Assembly: GCA_021203765.1 (NCBI GenBank)
Contig: JAJQAN010000026.1
Location: forward strand, 2,010-66,009
Direction: 5' to 3'
Origin: Coriobacteriaceae bacterium
GTDB lineage: Bacteria; Actinomycetota; Coriobacteriia; Coriobacteriales; QAMH01
Length of the DNA stretch: 64,000 nt
The notes below the pieces were generated by a model that saw only the letters and a program-made list of their open reading frames with translations, searched no databases and was not told the DNA's origin. Every line of letters starts with the position of its first letter. Position 1 is the first letter of the stretch. Shown piece by piece: positions 18,348 through 26,860 of this stretch. Both the position numbers and the translations under genes were made by a program.

Positions 18348-20122
18348 TGCGGTTCCTTTCTCACACCGGGGACATCCTTGCCGAGCAGGACCGTGTCGAT
18401 GACACGGTCGGTGGCAAGCATCCCGCCTTCGATGCAGCGGTCGAGCGAGGAGACGTCGGGCTTCTTCTCCTGATAGCTTTCGGTCTCGAGCACCTCGAGC
18501 AGATCGTCGAAGCTCTCGCAGATCTGGCCCGGGGCCATCTCGTCGATGGAGCGCTGCACGCCACGTGTCGCCGAATACGTCACCTTGTCGGGCACGTAGA
18601 AGACGACGGGGCGTTTTAAGAGTTGGTAGTCGTAGAAGCAGGAGGAGTAGTCGGTGATGAGCACATCGGAGACGTAGCACAGTTCGTTGAAGGATTCGTC
18701 CGACAGGTCGATGATGCGGTCGCGGTACTCCTTCGGGATAACCGGCCTGTAGACGATGAAGTGGTGCATCTCGAAGATGAAGTAGCTGTTCGTGCGCTCG
18801 AGCATTTCGTAGAGACGCTTGAAATCGAAGTAGGCCTCATACGGGTAGAACGCGGTCAGCTGCCCCGTGCCGCGAAACGTCGGTGCAAAGAGCAGGATGC
18901 GTCCTTTATCGAGCCACGGGTACTTGCCCTGGAGCTTGGTCGTGGCCGCCTCGACGACGTCGTCGTCCAAGAAGTGCTCGAGACGCGGCATGCCGGTGGC
19001 GAGCAGGGCTTCCTCCTCGATGCCGAAGACCTCGGAGTAGATGTCGCGCAGATGCTCGTTACCGACCAGCGCGTAGGTGTACGAGCGGTGCCCCGAGCTG
19101 AACGGGTCGGGCGAGCCGCTGATGCCGAAACGGGCATATCCCACCGACTTGAAGCCGACGCCGGCATGCCAGACCTGGGTGAGGACGGTCTTCTTGTTGA
19201 GCTTTAAGAAGTTGAAGACCGGGGCGTAGTCGTCGATGAAGATGTAGCCGGCTTGTGCGATCTGGCGCATGTCGCCGAACCAGGCGAGGATGTTCTGGAA
19301 GCGGCGGAAGGTGTTGCGGTAGCGCTCGACGATGGTGAACTCCTGGTCGAGACCGCGCTCGATCATGCGCCGGCGGATGATGTCCATGTTCTCGTTGGGC
19401 TCCTCGCCGTTCTCCTTCAGGAACAGGACACGCTTTTGGTCCCAGTGGCTGAAAAAGGCGATGACGCGGTAGCAGACGGACAGGATCTGCTTTTCGCGGA
19501 AGCGCAGGCTAAAGCGGCGCACGCGCGGGTTCCGGTTGACCTTCAAAAACGTCATGCTCAAGACGAGGTAGAGCTCGCCGAGGTAGGTCGCACGCGGGAT
19601 GAGGCAGGCGTTGTACTGGTAGTAGCCGGTCGCATAGCGGAAGATGCGCGCATAGGTCTCGGCATGAAGCGGAATCTCCGGGTTGTAGGTGATGTCGCTC
19701 GTGTCATAGGGGTGCTCTTTGATGGACTGAAAGCCCATGGTGGGGATGTATTTCGCGATGAGTTCGTCGTCGTGCGCCTTGTCGGTACGGTCACGTTTGC
19801 GCGGCGGCAGCGTGCGGCGGACGTGGTTTTCCATACGCCCCTGCATATGCGGCAGGGCGGAAAGGAGCGTGTCGAGGTCGGTCAGGTATGTTTCGGGGAT
19901 GCGGGTGGACAGGATCCAGTCGCCGGCCTCGAGCGGAGCGCGCCCCTGCGCCGTGGTGATGTTGATGCGCCCGTGGACCTTCCTGCCCTCGCGCATGCTG
20001 TCGAAGTGGAGGAAGGTATCGGTTTTGGTGCGGTAGAGCAGGAGTTCCTCGTCTTCGTCGGCGGTGTAGTCGACCTCGAAATAGGTCCGATTCCACGCTA
20101 TGTTCTCTACATAGATTGCCAC
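18344..20122 (-). CDS. TagF/TarL-family CDP-glycerol/ribitol poly(alditol-phosphate) phosphotransferase
   Basis: TagF catalytic blocks are present ([47 protein letters not shown]). Start set to in-frame GTG 20122, preceded by GGAGG with a 9-nt spacer. The track ORF starts at 20212. Confidence 0.8.
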   Translation of the reverse strand: MAIYVENIAWNRTYFEVDYTADEDEELLLYRTKTDTFLHFDSMREGRKVHGRINITTAQGRAPLEAGDWILSTRIPETYLTDLDTLLSALPHMQGRMENHVRRTLPPRKRDRTDKAHDDELIAKYIPTMGFQSIKEHPYDTSDITYNPEIPLHAETYARIFRYATGYYQYNACLIPRATYLGELYLVLSMTFLKVNRNPRVRRFSLRFREKQILSVCYRVIAFFSHWDQKRVLFLKENGEEPNENMDIIRRRMIERGLDQEFTIVERYRNTFRRFQNILAWFGDMRQIAQAGYIFIDDYAPVFNFLKLNKKTVLTQVWHAGVGFKSVGYARFGISGSPDPFSSGHRSYTYALVGNEHLRDIYSEVFGIEEEALLATGMPRLEHFLDDDVVEAATTKLQGKYPWLDKGRILLFAPTFRGTGQLTAFYPYEAYFDFKRLYEMLERTNSYFIFEMHHFIVYRPVIPKEYRDRIIDLSDESFNELCYVSDVLITDYSSCFYDYQLLKRPVVFYVPDKVTYSATRGVQRSIDEMAPGQICESFDDLLEVLETESYQEKKPDVSSLDRCIEGGMLATDRVIDTVLLGKDVPGVRKEPQ

Positions 20123-20158
20123 GGGGAGAAGCCTCCGGTTCAACGCACACAACTCATA

Positions 20159-20172
20159 CCATGGTACCATGG
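20159..20172. promoter_or_regulatory. Perfect 14-bp palindrome CCATGGTACCATGG in the divergent TagF-gene intergenic region (candidate operator)
   Basis: Read directly. It is centred in the 95-bp gap between GTG 20122 (minus strand) and ATG 20218 (plus strand). Confidence 0.3.
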
Positions 20173-20217
20173 AAGCGCACGTGAGACACCTATGACGGAG
20201 AGGTTGTTGCACGGGAT

Positions 20218-21357
20218 ATGCAGGTGCTCATATACATCGCGACAGGCATCCTCATCTGCTGCTATCGCCTTGGCGCCCTCCTGCCGCACAGGCGGCGCTG
20301 GGTCTGTTTGAGCCGCCAGTCCGACACCGTCCCCGTCGACTTCGCCCTCCTGCGTGACTATATGGCAGAGCACCATCCCGAAATCGAAGTCGTCATACTC
20401 CCCCGCCGGCTCGAGACCCGCGAAATCCTCTACCCCTTCCACATGCTCCGTCAGGCCTACCAGATCGGCTGCAGCGAGGCGGTCATCCTGGATTCGTTCT
20501 GCATCGTCGTGAGCCTGCTCGGAGAGCGCATCACAGCGCCGGTCATCCAGATGTGGCATGCCATGGGCAACATGAAGAAATTCGGCTTTACCGCCATCGG
20601 CACCGAGGAGGGCTCGAGTGAACGCCTCGCCCGGCTCTTCCACATGCACGAGGGCTACGACTCGGTGCTCATCTCCTCGCTTTTCTTCATCGACGACTAC
20701 GTGGCCGGCTTCCACATCTCCAAAGACATCGTCTACGAGGCACCGCTGCCGAGAACCGACCTCTTCATCGAGGAGGACCACATCGCCGCTGAGCGCGAAC
20801 GTATCTTGACCGCCTGCCCACAGCTGGGTCAGAAGAAAAACATCGTCTATGCGCCGACCTTCCGCAAGGAGGCATCCGCAAACGAGGCAGATGCCATGGA
20901 GGCCCTGCTCGCCGCCGTCGATTTCGAGCGCTACAACCTCATTTTCAAGCCCCACCCGAACAGCACCCAGCGCTTTGCCGACGATCGCGTCCTGCAGGAC
21001 TACCCCGACGGCCTGGAGATGCTCTACATCGCCGATTACGTGATCAGTGACTATTCGACCGTGATCTACGAGGCCGGGCTCCTGCGTGCACCGGTCTACC
21101 TGTACGCCTACGACTGGGACACGTATTCGTCCAAGCGCAGCTTCAACATCGACATCGAACACGACGTCCCCGTGCTCTTCACCGCCGATCCCACCGAGAT
21201 CTTCTCAGCCATCGAACATGACGACTTCGATGCGGCGGCCTACGAAGACTTCATGCGGCGCAACATCGCCCTGCCGCAAAGCGGAACCTGCACGCAGCGC
21301 GTCGTCGATCATGTACTGAATATGGTGGATGCCGCGCGCCCGCAGGAGACGCGCTAA
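20218..21357 (+). CDS. TagB/TarF-like short TagF-family glycerophosphotransferase (primase/oligomerase type)
   Basis: 379-aa ORF with QMWHAMGNMKKFG, VYAPTFRKE and ISDYSTVIYEAGLLRAPVYLYAYD. Divergent from the larger TagF-like gene. Confidence 0.75.
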   Translation: MQVLIYIATGILICCYRLGALLPHRRRWVCLSRQSDTVPVDFALLRDYMAEHHPEIEVVILPRRLETREILYPFHMLRQAYQIGCSEAVILDSFCIVVSLLGERITAPVIQMWHAMGNMKKFGFTAIGTEEGSSERLARLFHMHEGYDSVLISSLFFIDDYVAGFHISKDIVYEAPLPRTDLFIEEDHIAAERERILTACPQLGQKKNIVYAPTFRKEASANEADAMEALLAAVDFERYNLIFKPHPNSTQRFADDRVLQDYPDGLEMLYIADYVISDYSTVIYEAGLLRAPVYLYAYDWDTYSSKRSFNIDIEHDVPVLFTADPTEIFSAIEHDDFDAAAYEDFMRRNIALPQSGTCTQRVVDHVLNMVDAARPQETR

Positions 21358-21369
21358 GAAGCGTTTGAC

Positions 21370-22596
21370 CTAGTCATCGCCTTGTCGGAGGATTCTCCGC
21401 TTCAGACGCCCACAGAAACGCTCAAAACGTATGAATCTGCTGTGGTTAAGGCGCCTGACCTCTGTTTCGAGCGATTGCAGTCTTTCGCCGGAGCCCCCTA
21501 TCAGTTTGAAGACTTCGGAACTTTGCTTTTCCAGCTCCTTGTTCTCTTTTTTCAGATTATCTACCTGCTCTTCGAGGAGCTGTGTGGTGCGGGCATAGGT
21601 ACGGATCGTATCCTTGAAGATGGCCTCGTCGGTGAAGATCTGGGGAGGCAGGTCCTCTATGGGATCACGGAAGAGGACTCCGTCGTCGCGATCGAGAAAC
21701 TCCCGTGCGACCAAGGCGTTCGACTCTGCGAAACGGTCGCAGTAGGCCTGCTGCGCAGCAACGCTCTCAAACATGGTCGTCCGCTCCTTGTAGGGCAGAT
21801 CGCCGAGCGCTTGACGGAGCGTCCTGCTGTGCTCGCGGATGTCGGGCAGATCGTTCATGATGCGCTTGATCTCGAGCGCGTTGCCCTCGAGCGCCGTGTT
21901 GTTGATCTCCTCTTTGATCTCAAACCCATCCGACATTTTCAGACCGAAGATGTCGATGAAGTCGGAGTAGACGCTGTGCTCCTCGCCGGCGAACTGTCCC
22001 CGCTCGAAGACGCGCACGATGATGGAATCGGTGCCGAACAGATCGGCGATCTTGTTCAGATAGGCGTAGTAGTCGAGCGGGTAAGGTATCTCGTCGGCAC
22101 GCTCGAGGAACTTCGTGAAGGTCATCTTCGTCTTTTCTTTGACGTGCTGTTTCCAGCGGGACTGCATGAAAAGGTCCTGGCGCCGCAGATAGACGATGAC
22201 CTTCAGGTCGAGCCCGCGGGAGGCGAGGTCCTCTTTGAGTTGGGGCCAGAAGCGCTCGTAGTGGGTGCCGCTGTACCAGATCACCTCGTCGGAGAGGATG
22301 ATCCGGTCATATTCTTGAGCCACCTCGACAATCTGATCGAGCGCCTCGTAATAGCTGCCCGTCGGCTCCGTCCGTTCCTCCGGCTCCTCTTCCTGCCCTT
22401 CCTCGTCTTCTTCCGGTTCCCAGCCCTGCACAAGGAAGTGGGCGTTGCGCTGTTTGCGGATGAAATCCCAGCGGTAGTCGAGGATGGGAAAGGCGATGCC
22501 GTGCTCGTTCAAGAGTTCGACGTTGTCACCGAGGAATATCTGAATCGAGCTCGTCGCCGTCTTCGGTGTTCCGATATGGAGGTAAACGGTTGCCAT
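21370..22596 (-). CDS. Sulfotransferase-like protein 1 (PAPS-binding motifs) with C-terminal coiled coil
   Basis: MATVYLHIGTPKTATSSIQ resembles the 5'-phosphosulfate-binding loop (PKxx[ST][ST]). IVYLRRQDLFMQSRW resembles the 3'-phosphate-binding R-x7-S element. There is an acidic insert, EPEEDEEGQEEEPEE. The C-terminus LLEEQVDNLKKENKELEKQ looks like a coiled coil. No signal peptide or TM helix. Confidence 0.6.
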   Translation of the reverse strand: MATVYLHIGTPKTATSSIQIFLGDNVELLNEHGIAFPILDYRWDFIRKQRNAHFLVQGWEPEEDEEGQEEEPEERTEPTGSYYEALDQIVEVAQEYDRIILSDEVIWYSGTHYERFWPQLKEDLASRGLDLKVIVYLRRQDLFMQSRWKQHVKEKTKMTFTKFLERADEIPYPLDYYAYLNKIADLFGTDSIIVRVFERGQFAGEEHSVYSDFIDIFGLKMSDGFEIKEEINNTALEGNALEIKRIMNDLPDIREHSRTLRQALGDLPYKERTTMFESVAAQQAYCDRFAESNALVAREFLDRDDGVLFRDPIEDLPPQIFTDEAIFKDTIRTYARTTQLLEEQVDNLKKENKELEKQSSEVFKLIGGSGERLQSLETEVRRLNHSRFIRFERFCGRLKRRILRQGDD

Positions 22597-22632
22597 CGCG
22601 TATCGTGCCTTTCTTATCGGGCGTACACCCTT

Positions 22633-23727
22633 CTAGCGTTTCGAGCGTTTCCTCTTCGGTCGATCGTTGTCCTTGCGCATCTCTTCGACTTCCTTTTGCA
22701 GGTCGTTAACCCGCTCTTCCAAGGTCTGTAGCGCCTGGCCGTAGGCTTGAATGGTGTCGCGAATCAGGTTCTGATCGTCGAAGACCTGGGCCGGCAGCTC
22801 CTCGAGCGGCTCATAAAAGAGCCTGCCGTCCTCACGGCCGAGGTATTCGCGGGCCACATGGCTGTTCGAATCCTCCAGGCCTGCCAGGAATGCCTTCTGT
22901 TCTGCGGCACCTCCGGGAAACAGGGTCGTCTTTTCCTGTTCGGGCAGGTGAAGCAGGGAGTTGCGAATGAGCGGGCTTTTGTGGTCACGTGCGTCGGGAA
23001 GTTCGTTGAGGAGGCGTTGGACCTCGAGCGCGCTTCCACGCAGGGACGGATTGTGGTATTCCTGCCCGACGTGAAAACCGTCGCAGGTCAGGCCAAAAAT
23101 GTCCAAGAAATCAGAATAGATGCTCCCCTCTTGGCCCTTGAACTGGTCTTTTTCAAAAACCCGGACGCAGATGACCTCTTTGCCGAAGATGTCAGCGAGT
23201 CCGTCGATATAGGCGCCGAAGTCGTAGGGGAAACCGTTTTTTTCGGCTTCGGCCAGAAAATCGCCGAAGGTGCGTGCGGTGTTGCAGGCCTTGATGTTCT
23301 GCTGCCAATGCGACTGCAGCCAAAGGTCCTGACGGCGCAGGTAGACGATGATGCGCACGCCCAGTCCACGCCGGTCGAGGTCTTCCTTCAAGGCCGGCCA
23401 GAAACCCTCCCGATAGCCGGAATGCCGCCATATGTCCTCATCGGACAGGATGATGCCGTCGTAGCTTTTGGACAGATCGGCGACCTTGTCGAGGCCTTCG
23501 GCGTAGTGCTCAGACGGCCTCAGAAAGGACTTCTTGCCGTCCTCGCCGACGATCGGTTCAATCAAGAAGCGGGCGTTTTTCTTCGAAGCCGCGTTGCGCA
23601 GGGGGTAGCCGAAGTCGGGATAGACGAAGCCGTGTTGCTCCAGCACCTCCCGGTTGCCGGCCAGAAACGACTGTATGGAACTTGAGGCCGTCTTCGTCAG
23701 ACCTATGTGGAGATACACGGTTGCCAT
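22633..23727 (-). CDS. Sulfotransferase-like protein 2 (paralog)
   Basis: MATVYLHIGLTKTASSSIQ and IVYLRRQDLWLQSHW. C-terminal LQTLEERVNDLQKEVEEMRK followed by a basic tail. Start set to ATG 23727; the track ORF starts at 23760. Confidence 0.6.
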   Translation of the reverse strand: MATVYLHIGLTKTASSSIQSFLAGNREVLEQHGFVYPDFGYPLRNAASKKNARFLIEPIVGEDGKKSFLRPSEHYAEGLDKVADLSKSYDGIILSDEDIWRHSGYREGFWPALKEDLDRRGLGVRIIVYLRRQDLWLQSHWQQNIKACNTARTFGDFLAEAEKNGFPYDFGAYIDGLADIFGKEVICVRVFEKDQFKGQEGSIYSDFLDIFGLTCDGFHVGQEYHNPSLRGSALEVQRLLNELPDARDHKSPLIRNSLLHLPEQEKTTLFPGGAAEQKAFLAGLEDSNSHVAREYLGREDGRLFYEPLEELPAQVFDDQNLIRDTIQAYGQALQTLEERVNDLQKEVEEMRKDNDRPKRKRSKR

Positions 23728-23827
23728 ATGATTCCGTTCGCTTTCAAGCGACCTGCACAAAACTCGTATAGTCTACCATGCTCGAATGCCGGCAGATGCC
23801 AGCGGTGGCGGGCACGGCCCGGGCTTT

Positions 23828-24874
23828 TCAGTCCCGCAGATACCCGATGAGCGCCTCGAACATGCCGGACAGGTCGGTCTCGGCCTGCCAGCCCAGCGCG
23901 CGCAGGGCGGAGGTGTCGAGCGGCAGGTGATGCTCGGGCGGATAGGGTGCCTCCGGGTCGACCTCGACACGCACGGCGATCCTGCCGTTAGCGCAGTGCT
24001 CGGCGACGAGTTCGGCCATCTCCTTCACCGATGAGTAGGTGTCCTCGTTGGCAGCGTTGTAGGCGCATCCCGCCTGGCCGCAGAGCAGCACGGTGAAGAT
24101 CGCGGTGACCGCATCGGCGATGAACAGGTACATGCGGGTGCTCTCGCCTGTCGTGCGCAAGACGATGTCGTCGCCGTCGATGGCGCAGTGGGCGAAGTAG
24201 GAGAAGACGCGTTTGTCGTCTTTTGGAATGCCGGGGCCGAAGGTCTGTGCAAGGCGGATGACCTTGGCATCGACGCCGTACTCGCTCGCGTAGGCACAGA
24301 CGAGATGTTCGGCCATGCGCTTGCCTTCCGGATAGCAGCTGCGCAGGCTCAAGGGATCGACATAGCCGACGTCGGCCTCACCGAGCTTGTGTTCCAGGCC
24401 GCGCTCGACGTTGCCGTCGCCGTAGACTTCCATACTCGAAAGAAAGAGAAACGAGCAACCCTCGTTGTGACGGGCCAACTCGAGCATCTTGCACGTGCCG
24501 TCGACGATGGTACGCGCCGTCTCGACCGGGGAGTCGACAAAGAAGTTCGAGACGGTCGGGCAGGCGGCGTGGATAATGAAATCAACATCGATATCGAAAC
24601 AATCGAAGCCGTCCAAATCGGAGACGACGAGCTCCAAACCCTCGTCGAAGGCCGCCTCGCCGAAGAAGCTTTTGGCGCGCTCCTCGCTGCGGACCAGCGC
24701 ATAGACCGTGATACCCGCATCGAAGAGGCGGTTGCGTTCGAGCAGAGTGCGGATACAGGTGGAGCCGATGAGCCCGGTCGCGCCGGAGACGAAGAAGGCC
24801 TTATGCGCACAGACCTCCCAGTCGATGGCATCCCCCTGGGCGAGCAGCGTCGGTTCCTGGATGTTATCGGGCAT
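23828..24874 (-). CDS. Extended short-chain dehydrogenase/reductase (NAD(P)-dependent epimerase/dehydratase/reductase fold)
   Basis: FFVSGATGLIGS (GxxGxxG) and YPEGK (YxxxK). GGGGGA RBS lies 7 nt upstream. Begins 12 nt after the cytidylyltransferase gene. Confidence 0.8.
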   Translation of the reverse strand: MPDNIQEPTLLAQGDAIDWEVCAHKAFFVSGATGLIGSTCIRTLLERNRLFDAGITVYALVRSEERAKSFFGEAAFDEGLELVVSDLDGFDCFDIDVDFIIHAACPTVSNFFVDSPVETARTIVDGTCKMLELARHNEGCSFLFLSSMEVYGDGNVERGLEHKLGEADVGYVDPLSLRSCYPEGKRMAEHLVCAYASEYGVDAKVIRLAQTFGPGIPKDDKRVFSYFAHCAIDGDDIVLRTTGESTRMYLFIADAVTAIFTVLLCGQAGCAYNAANEDTYSSVKEMAELVAEHCANGRIAVRVEVDPEAPYPPEHHLPLDTSALRALGWQAETDLSGMFEALIGYLRD

Positions 24875-24886
24875 GTGCGCGTCCCC

Positions 24887-25606
24887 CTACAGGCCGAAGA
24901 TCTCCGAGCTTTCCTGCAGGTCGACGTAAGCGCGGAAGACATAGTAGTCCGACGGCGTCGTGATCTTGATGTTTTCCATAGTGCCTTCGACCACGTAGAG
25001 ATCGTGGCCGTAGTGGCGCATGAGACTTGCCGAGTCGATGAAGTCGTTTCGTCCTTCGGCGGCCGCCTGTTTGTGGGCATCGAGGATCTCGTCGAGGATG
25101 AAGCACTGCGGAGCCTTGGCCATCTTGCAGGTCTGCCGGTCGATGATGTCGACGATGCGGCCGTCGTCCTCTTTGATGATGGTCTCAATGGCGGGGACGA
25201 CCGTGATGGCGCTGCCCTTTTCGGCCGCCATCGCCAGACAGTCCTCGATCGTCTCCTGGCTGATGAGAGGACGGACTCCGTCGTGGATCAAGACGACGGA
25301 ATCGCCGTCGAAGTGCTTGGCGATCGCCTGAAGGCCGAGGCCGATCGAATCCTGGCCCGTCAGCCCGCCCGGCACGACGGCGACAACCTTTTCCAAGCCG
25401 AACTTGTCGATGGACTTTTCCAAAAAGGGGATCCAGTCCTGCAGGCAGGCGACGACGATGCCGTCGATGTGCTCGTTGTTCTCGAACTGCTCGAGCGTGT
25501 AGATGATGATGGGCTTGCCGTGCAGCTCGAGGAACTGCTTCGGACGGGTCTTCGTGTTCATGCGCTGACCGGTGCCCCCGGCAAAGACCAAAGCGACGTT
25601 CTTCAT
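24887..25606 (-). CDS. IspD/TarI-family cytidylyltransferase (second copy)
   Basis: MKNVALVFAGGTGQRMNTKTRPKQFLELHGKPIIIYTLE...LIHDGVRPLI...ENIKITTPSDY. Start set to ATG 25606; the track ORF starts at 25687. Confidence 0.85.
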   Translation of the reverse strand: MKNVALVFAGGTGQRMNTKTRPKQFLELHGKPIIIYTLEQFENNEHIDGIVVACLQDWIPFLEKSIDKFGLEKVVAVVPGGLTGQDSIGLGLQAIAKHFDGDSVVLIHDGVRPLISQETIEDCLAMAAEKGSAITVVPAIETIIKEDDGRIVDIIDRQTCKMAKAPQCFILDEILDAHKQAAAEGRNDFIDSASLMRHYGHDLYVVEGTMENIKITTPSDYYVFRAYVDLQESSEIFGL

Positions 25607-25649
25607 CTGCACCAATCCCCTTTTCTTACATGCGGTACGTCTTGTTGCG

Positions 25650-25658
25650 AGTATACAC
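25650..25658 (-). promoter_or_regulatory. Putative internal promoter -10 GTGTATACT upstream of the cytidylyltransferase/SDR pair
   Basis: Lies in the 130-bp gap after tarJ, about 44 nt upstream of ATG 25606. Confidence 0.35.
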
Positions 25659-25736
25659 GGGCAAACACGGGCTGTGGGGAAAACCACGGATTACGCCCAA
25701 GTACAGGCGTAGAAGGCGGACGCGTCGTGAGGGCTC

Positions 25737-26855
25737 TCATGCCGGCCAGTGCATGACCGTCTTGAACGGATGGGAGCTGTCGTATTCGAAAGCCTCTGCG
25801 ATGCTGCTGATCATCGCCACATCGTCGGTCGTGTCCAGTTCGAGTACCTTCTGCACGACACGGCGCACACGGGCGGCAAAGGTCGGCTGCCGCATCAGTT
25901 CGAGCGCGGCTGCGAAGTCCGGCACGGTGCTGCGGGAATTGCCGACAAGTACGAGCCCCTTTTCGAGCACCATGCGCGTATTAATGGGGACGGGCAGTTC
26001 GGCCACGCCGAGCAGGGATATAACGCCCTGCGGGCGGATGCAGTCGATGATGTGGGAAAGCGCAGTCTCGCAGCCGTCGACGCCGCCGGTACATTCGAAG
26101 GCGAAGTCAACCGGGACGTCCACGTCGGCGAACTCGTTGCGGACATTGTACCGCTCGTCGACGAAGTCGAAGAGCTCCATCTTGGCCTCATGCGCGCCGA
26201 AGAGCAGGAGCTTGAAGTTCGGATAGCGTTCCTTGAGCGTCGCGGCCAACAGGTAGCCGACCGCGCCGTCACCCCAGATGCCGACCGTGCGCTCCTGCTG
26301 CAGGACCTCCGGATGTGCCGCCTGCGTGGCGGCAAACGAGGTGAGCGCATTGCAGCAGACGCTGACGAGTTCGGAGAGGACCGCGACGAGCGGATCGACG
26401 TCGGCACAGTCCAGCAGGTAGGCGCGGGGTATGGCGACCGTCTCACGTAGGAAACCGTCGCCGTCGCTCGAGCAGAATACAGCGTCGAGCGAGTAGTTCT
26501 CCTTGGGGTCTGCGACGGTGCCAGCACAGCCGACGTCCGATGTGGCCTCCGGCATCCAGTTGGGGACGAGCACGACGCGCTCCCCATCCGCAAACCGTCC
26601 GGAGACGTCCTCTCTCACCGTGCCGACGGCCTCGTGGATGAGTGCCATGGGAAGTTTTTCGGCGAGCGCCTCAGGGTCGCGTTTACCCGACCAGTAGCGC
26701 TGGTCGGCCGCGCAGATCGCAAGATATTCGGGATGCACGCAGACCAGGTCCTGCTGCCGCATCTGTTCGTCTGTCGGAAGCGGCTCGGGCTCGGCCTGCA
26801 TGTAGCCGGGACGCAGCAGACGGTAGATCGTCGTGGTGCCTTCGTCGTTTCCCAT
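25737..26855 (-). CDS. tarJ: Ribulose-5-phosphate reductase (ribitol-5-phosphate dehydrogenase)
   Basis: YLAICAADQRYWSGKRDPEALAEKLPMALIHEAVG and FECTGG...LLGVAELPVPINTRMVLEKGLVLVGNSRS align with the blocks I recall from S. aureus TarJ (YMSICAADQRYYTGSRD, LPMSLIHEGVG, LLGVSEFPVEVNTRLVLEKGLTLIGSSRS). Confidence 0.85.
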   Translation of the reverse strand: MGNDEGTTTIYRLLRPGYMQAEPEPLPTDEQMRQQDLVCVHPEYLAICAADQRYWSGKRDPEALAEKLPMALIHEAVGTVREDVSGRFADGERVVLVPNWMPEATSDVGCAGTVADPKENYSLDAVFCSSDGDGFLRETVAIPRAYLLDCADVDPLVAVLSELVSVCCNALTSFAATQAAHPEVLQQERTVGIWGDGAVGYLLAATLKERYPNFKLLLFGAHEAKMELFDFVDERYNVRNEFADVDVPVDFAFECTGGVDGCETALSHIIDCIRPQGVISLLGVAELPVPINTRMVLEKGLVLVGNSRSTVPDFAAALELMRQPTFAARVRRVVQKVLELDTTDDVAMISSIAEAFEYDSSHPFKTVMHWPA

Positions 26856-26860
26856 GATGC

